Assembly: GCA_965648935.1 (NCBI GenBank)
Contig: CBFGIY010000059.1
Span: forward strand, 1 to 15,287
Direction: 5' to 3'
Length of the DNA stretch: 15,287 bases
Source of the DNA: a candidate division WOR-3 bacterium
GTDB lineage: Bacteria; Hydrothermota; Tepidihabitantia; Tepidihabitantales; Tepidihabitantaceae
The notes under the pieces are model-generated. The model was not told the DNA's origin. It made no database searches and was given only the letters and a program-made list of their open reading frames with translations. The translations under genes and the position numbers were made by a program. Numbering within the stretch: position 1 is the first letter of the stretch; each line of letters starts with the position of its first letter. Of this stretch, positions 14,023 through 15,287 are shown piece after piece.

Positions 14023-15287
14023 ATGAACCGACTGCTGACCGTATTGTTGACGGCACTCGCAGCCGCCGCGCCGGCCGCGGCCGATGTGCTGGCCCTTGTA
14101 ACGCCCGGACCGCTCGGCCGCGCGCCGCTTGCGGACAGCCGGGTGCGCGTGTACCGTGACCTGGGCGCGTCGTTCGTGACGCGGCTGGCCGATACCGACA
14201 TCCCGCTGATTGAGAGTGCCGGCTGCGCCTGGCGCGCGCTCGACGCGCCGTTTCGTGCGGGCGAGTACTTTGTCGTGCCGCGCGCGGGCAGGAACTCATC
14301 CGGCGCGCCGGGCGTCACCGTGTACGAGGACGAGCGCGTGCGCATCGTCCGCCTGAGCGAGGCCGAGGCCTATGCCGCGAAGGGGCGCGGCCTGGTCATC
14401 TACCCGCTGTCGCACCGGGGACAGGCAATCGCGCCGGCCCTTGACGCGCGCTTTGACTGGGAGCCCGACACCGCGGTGGCTCGGCTGGTCGGGATGGTCG
14501 AGCTGGACCGTCAGGTCGCCGACATCCGGCGGCTGCAGGACTTCGGCACGCGCTACACCCTGAATCGCAAGTGCGACACCGCCGGGTACTGGCTCTACCA
14601 GCAGTTCGCCGCGCTCGGCTGGGACGCGCGGACCGACACCTATCGCATCAACACGGCCCGGACGTTCAACGTCGAGGCGACCCTGCCGGGCGCGGTCCGG
14701 CCGGACAGCATCGTCATCGCCTGCGGCCACTACGACTCGTACAGCGACCAGCCCAACACGCGCGCCCCGGGCGCTGACGACAACGCGACCGGGACCGCGA
14801 TACTGCTCGAACTCGCCCGCGTGCTCAAGGAGAGGCAGTTCCGCTGGACCATCAAGCTGCTCGCGTTCTCGGGCGAGGAGCAGTGGATGAAAGGCTCCTA
14901 CCACTGGGTTGACTCGGTCGCGGTGCCGCGGGGACTGAAGATTTACGGCGCGTTCAATGTCGACATGATCGGCTACACCGCCCGCGACACGAACTACCTC
15001 GTGGTCAACACCAACGAGCCGTCGATGCCGATGGCGGTGCTGGCCGAGTCCACGAACCGCTGGTACGGCATCGGGCTGAACCTGCTCAACTATCTCGACC
15101 CGGACTGCTACGGCGACAACACGCCGTTCTGGGAGCGCGGGTTCAAGTCCACCTTCGCGCTCGAGGACTCGGAGTGGGGCATCTGGAACGGTTCCAATCC
15201 CTACTACCATACGATTTATGACACGGTCGGCATCATCACGCTCGGCCAGGTTCGGCGCACGGCCCAGCTCACGGTCGCGGGCGTGGC
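14023..15287 (+). CDS. Secreted M28-family zinc aminopeptidase, 3'-truncated by the window edge
   Basis: Not in the ORF track; translated by hand from ATG 14023 (RBS AAGGAG at 14013-14018). Signal peptide MNRLLTVLLTALAAAAPAAA-D, then NVEATLPG, CGHYDS, PGADDNATG, FSGEEQ, NVDMIG and NPYYHT. No stop before 15287. Confidence 0.92.
   Translation, partial: MNRLLTVLLTALAAAAPAAADVLALVTPGPLGRAPLADSRVRVYRDLGASFVTRLADTDIPLIESAGCAWRALDAPFRAGEYFVVPRAGRNSSGAPGVTVYEDERVRIVRLSEAEAYAAKGRGLVIYPLSHRGQAIAPALDARFDWEPDTAVARLVGMVELDRQVADIRRLQDFGTRYTLNRKCDTAGYWLYQQFAALGWDARTDTYRINTARTFNVEATLPGAVRPDSIVIACGHYDSYSDQPNTRAPGADDNATGTAILLELARVLKERQFRWTIKLLAFSGEEQWMKGSYHWVDSVAVPRGLKIYGAFNVDMIGYTARDTNYLVVNTNEPSMPMAVLAESTNRWYGIGLNLLNYLDPDCYGDNTPFWERGFKSTFALEDSEWGIWNGSNPYYHTIYDTVGIITLGQVRRTAQLTVAGV

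Noticed and set aside
13096..15210. Antisense ORFs 13096..13914 and 14296..15210
   Set aside because: Shadows of the GNAT and M28 genes on the + strand.

Overview
High-GC bacterial chromosomal window with 11 supportable CDSs plus a possible ORF tail at the left edge. There are no rRNA, tRNA, CRISPR or mobile-element signals. The secreted proteins with short T9SS/FlgD-like C-terminal domains resemble those I associate with candidate phylum WOR-3 (inference only). Left to right: a sigma70 promoter and a clear fluoride (crcB-motif) riboswitch controlling a CPA-family cation:proton antiporter (true start GTG 233); a small 2-TM protein; a DUF6062-like double zinc-site protein whose stop codon seems lost; a zinc-ribbon membrane protein; a secreted Asp-box protein; a lower-GC lipoprotein with a duplicated beta domain behind a long, highly structured leader; a UDPGP/UAP-type uridylyltransferase; a stand-alone class V PLP cysteine desulfurase-like enzyme; an SLC13/TrkA-C permease; a second Asp-box propeller protein; a GNAT; and an M28 peptidase that runs off the right edge and is missing from the ORF track. 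Best leads: (1) a fluoride riboswitch driving an antiporter rather than crcB/eriC, with a visible translational switch helix; (2) a candidate kissing-loop RNA at 5163-5254; (3) period-7 DNA tracts in a promoter region and in loops of a sorting domain; (4) several apparently leaderless genes. All base-pairings and promoters were read by eye; no folding or database search was run.
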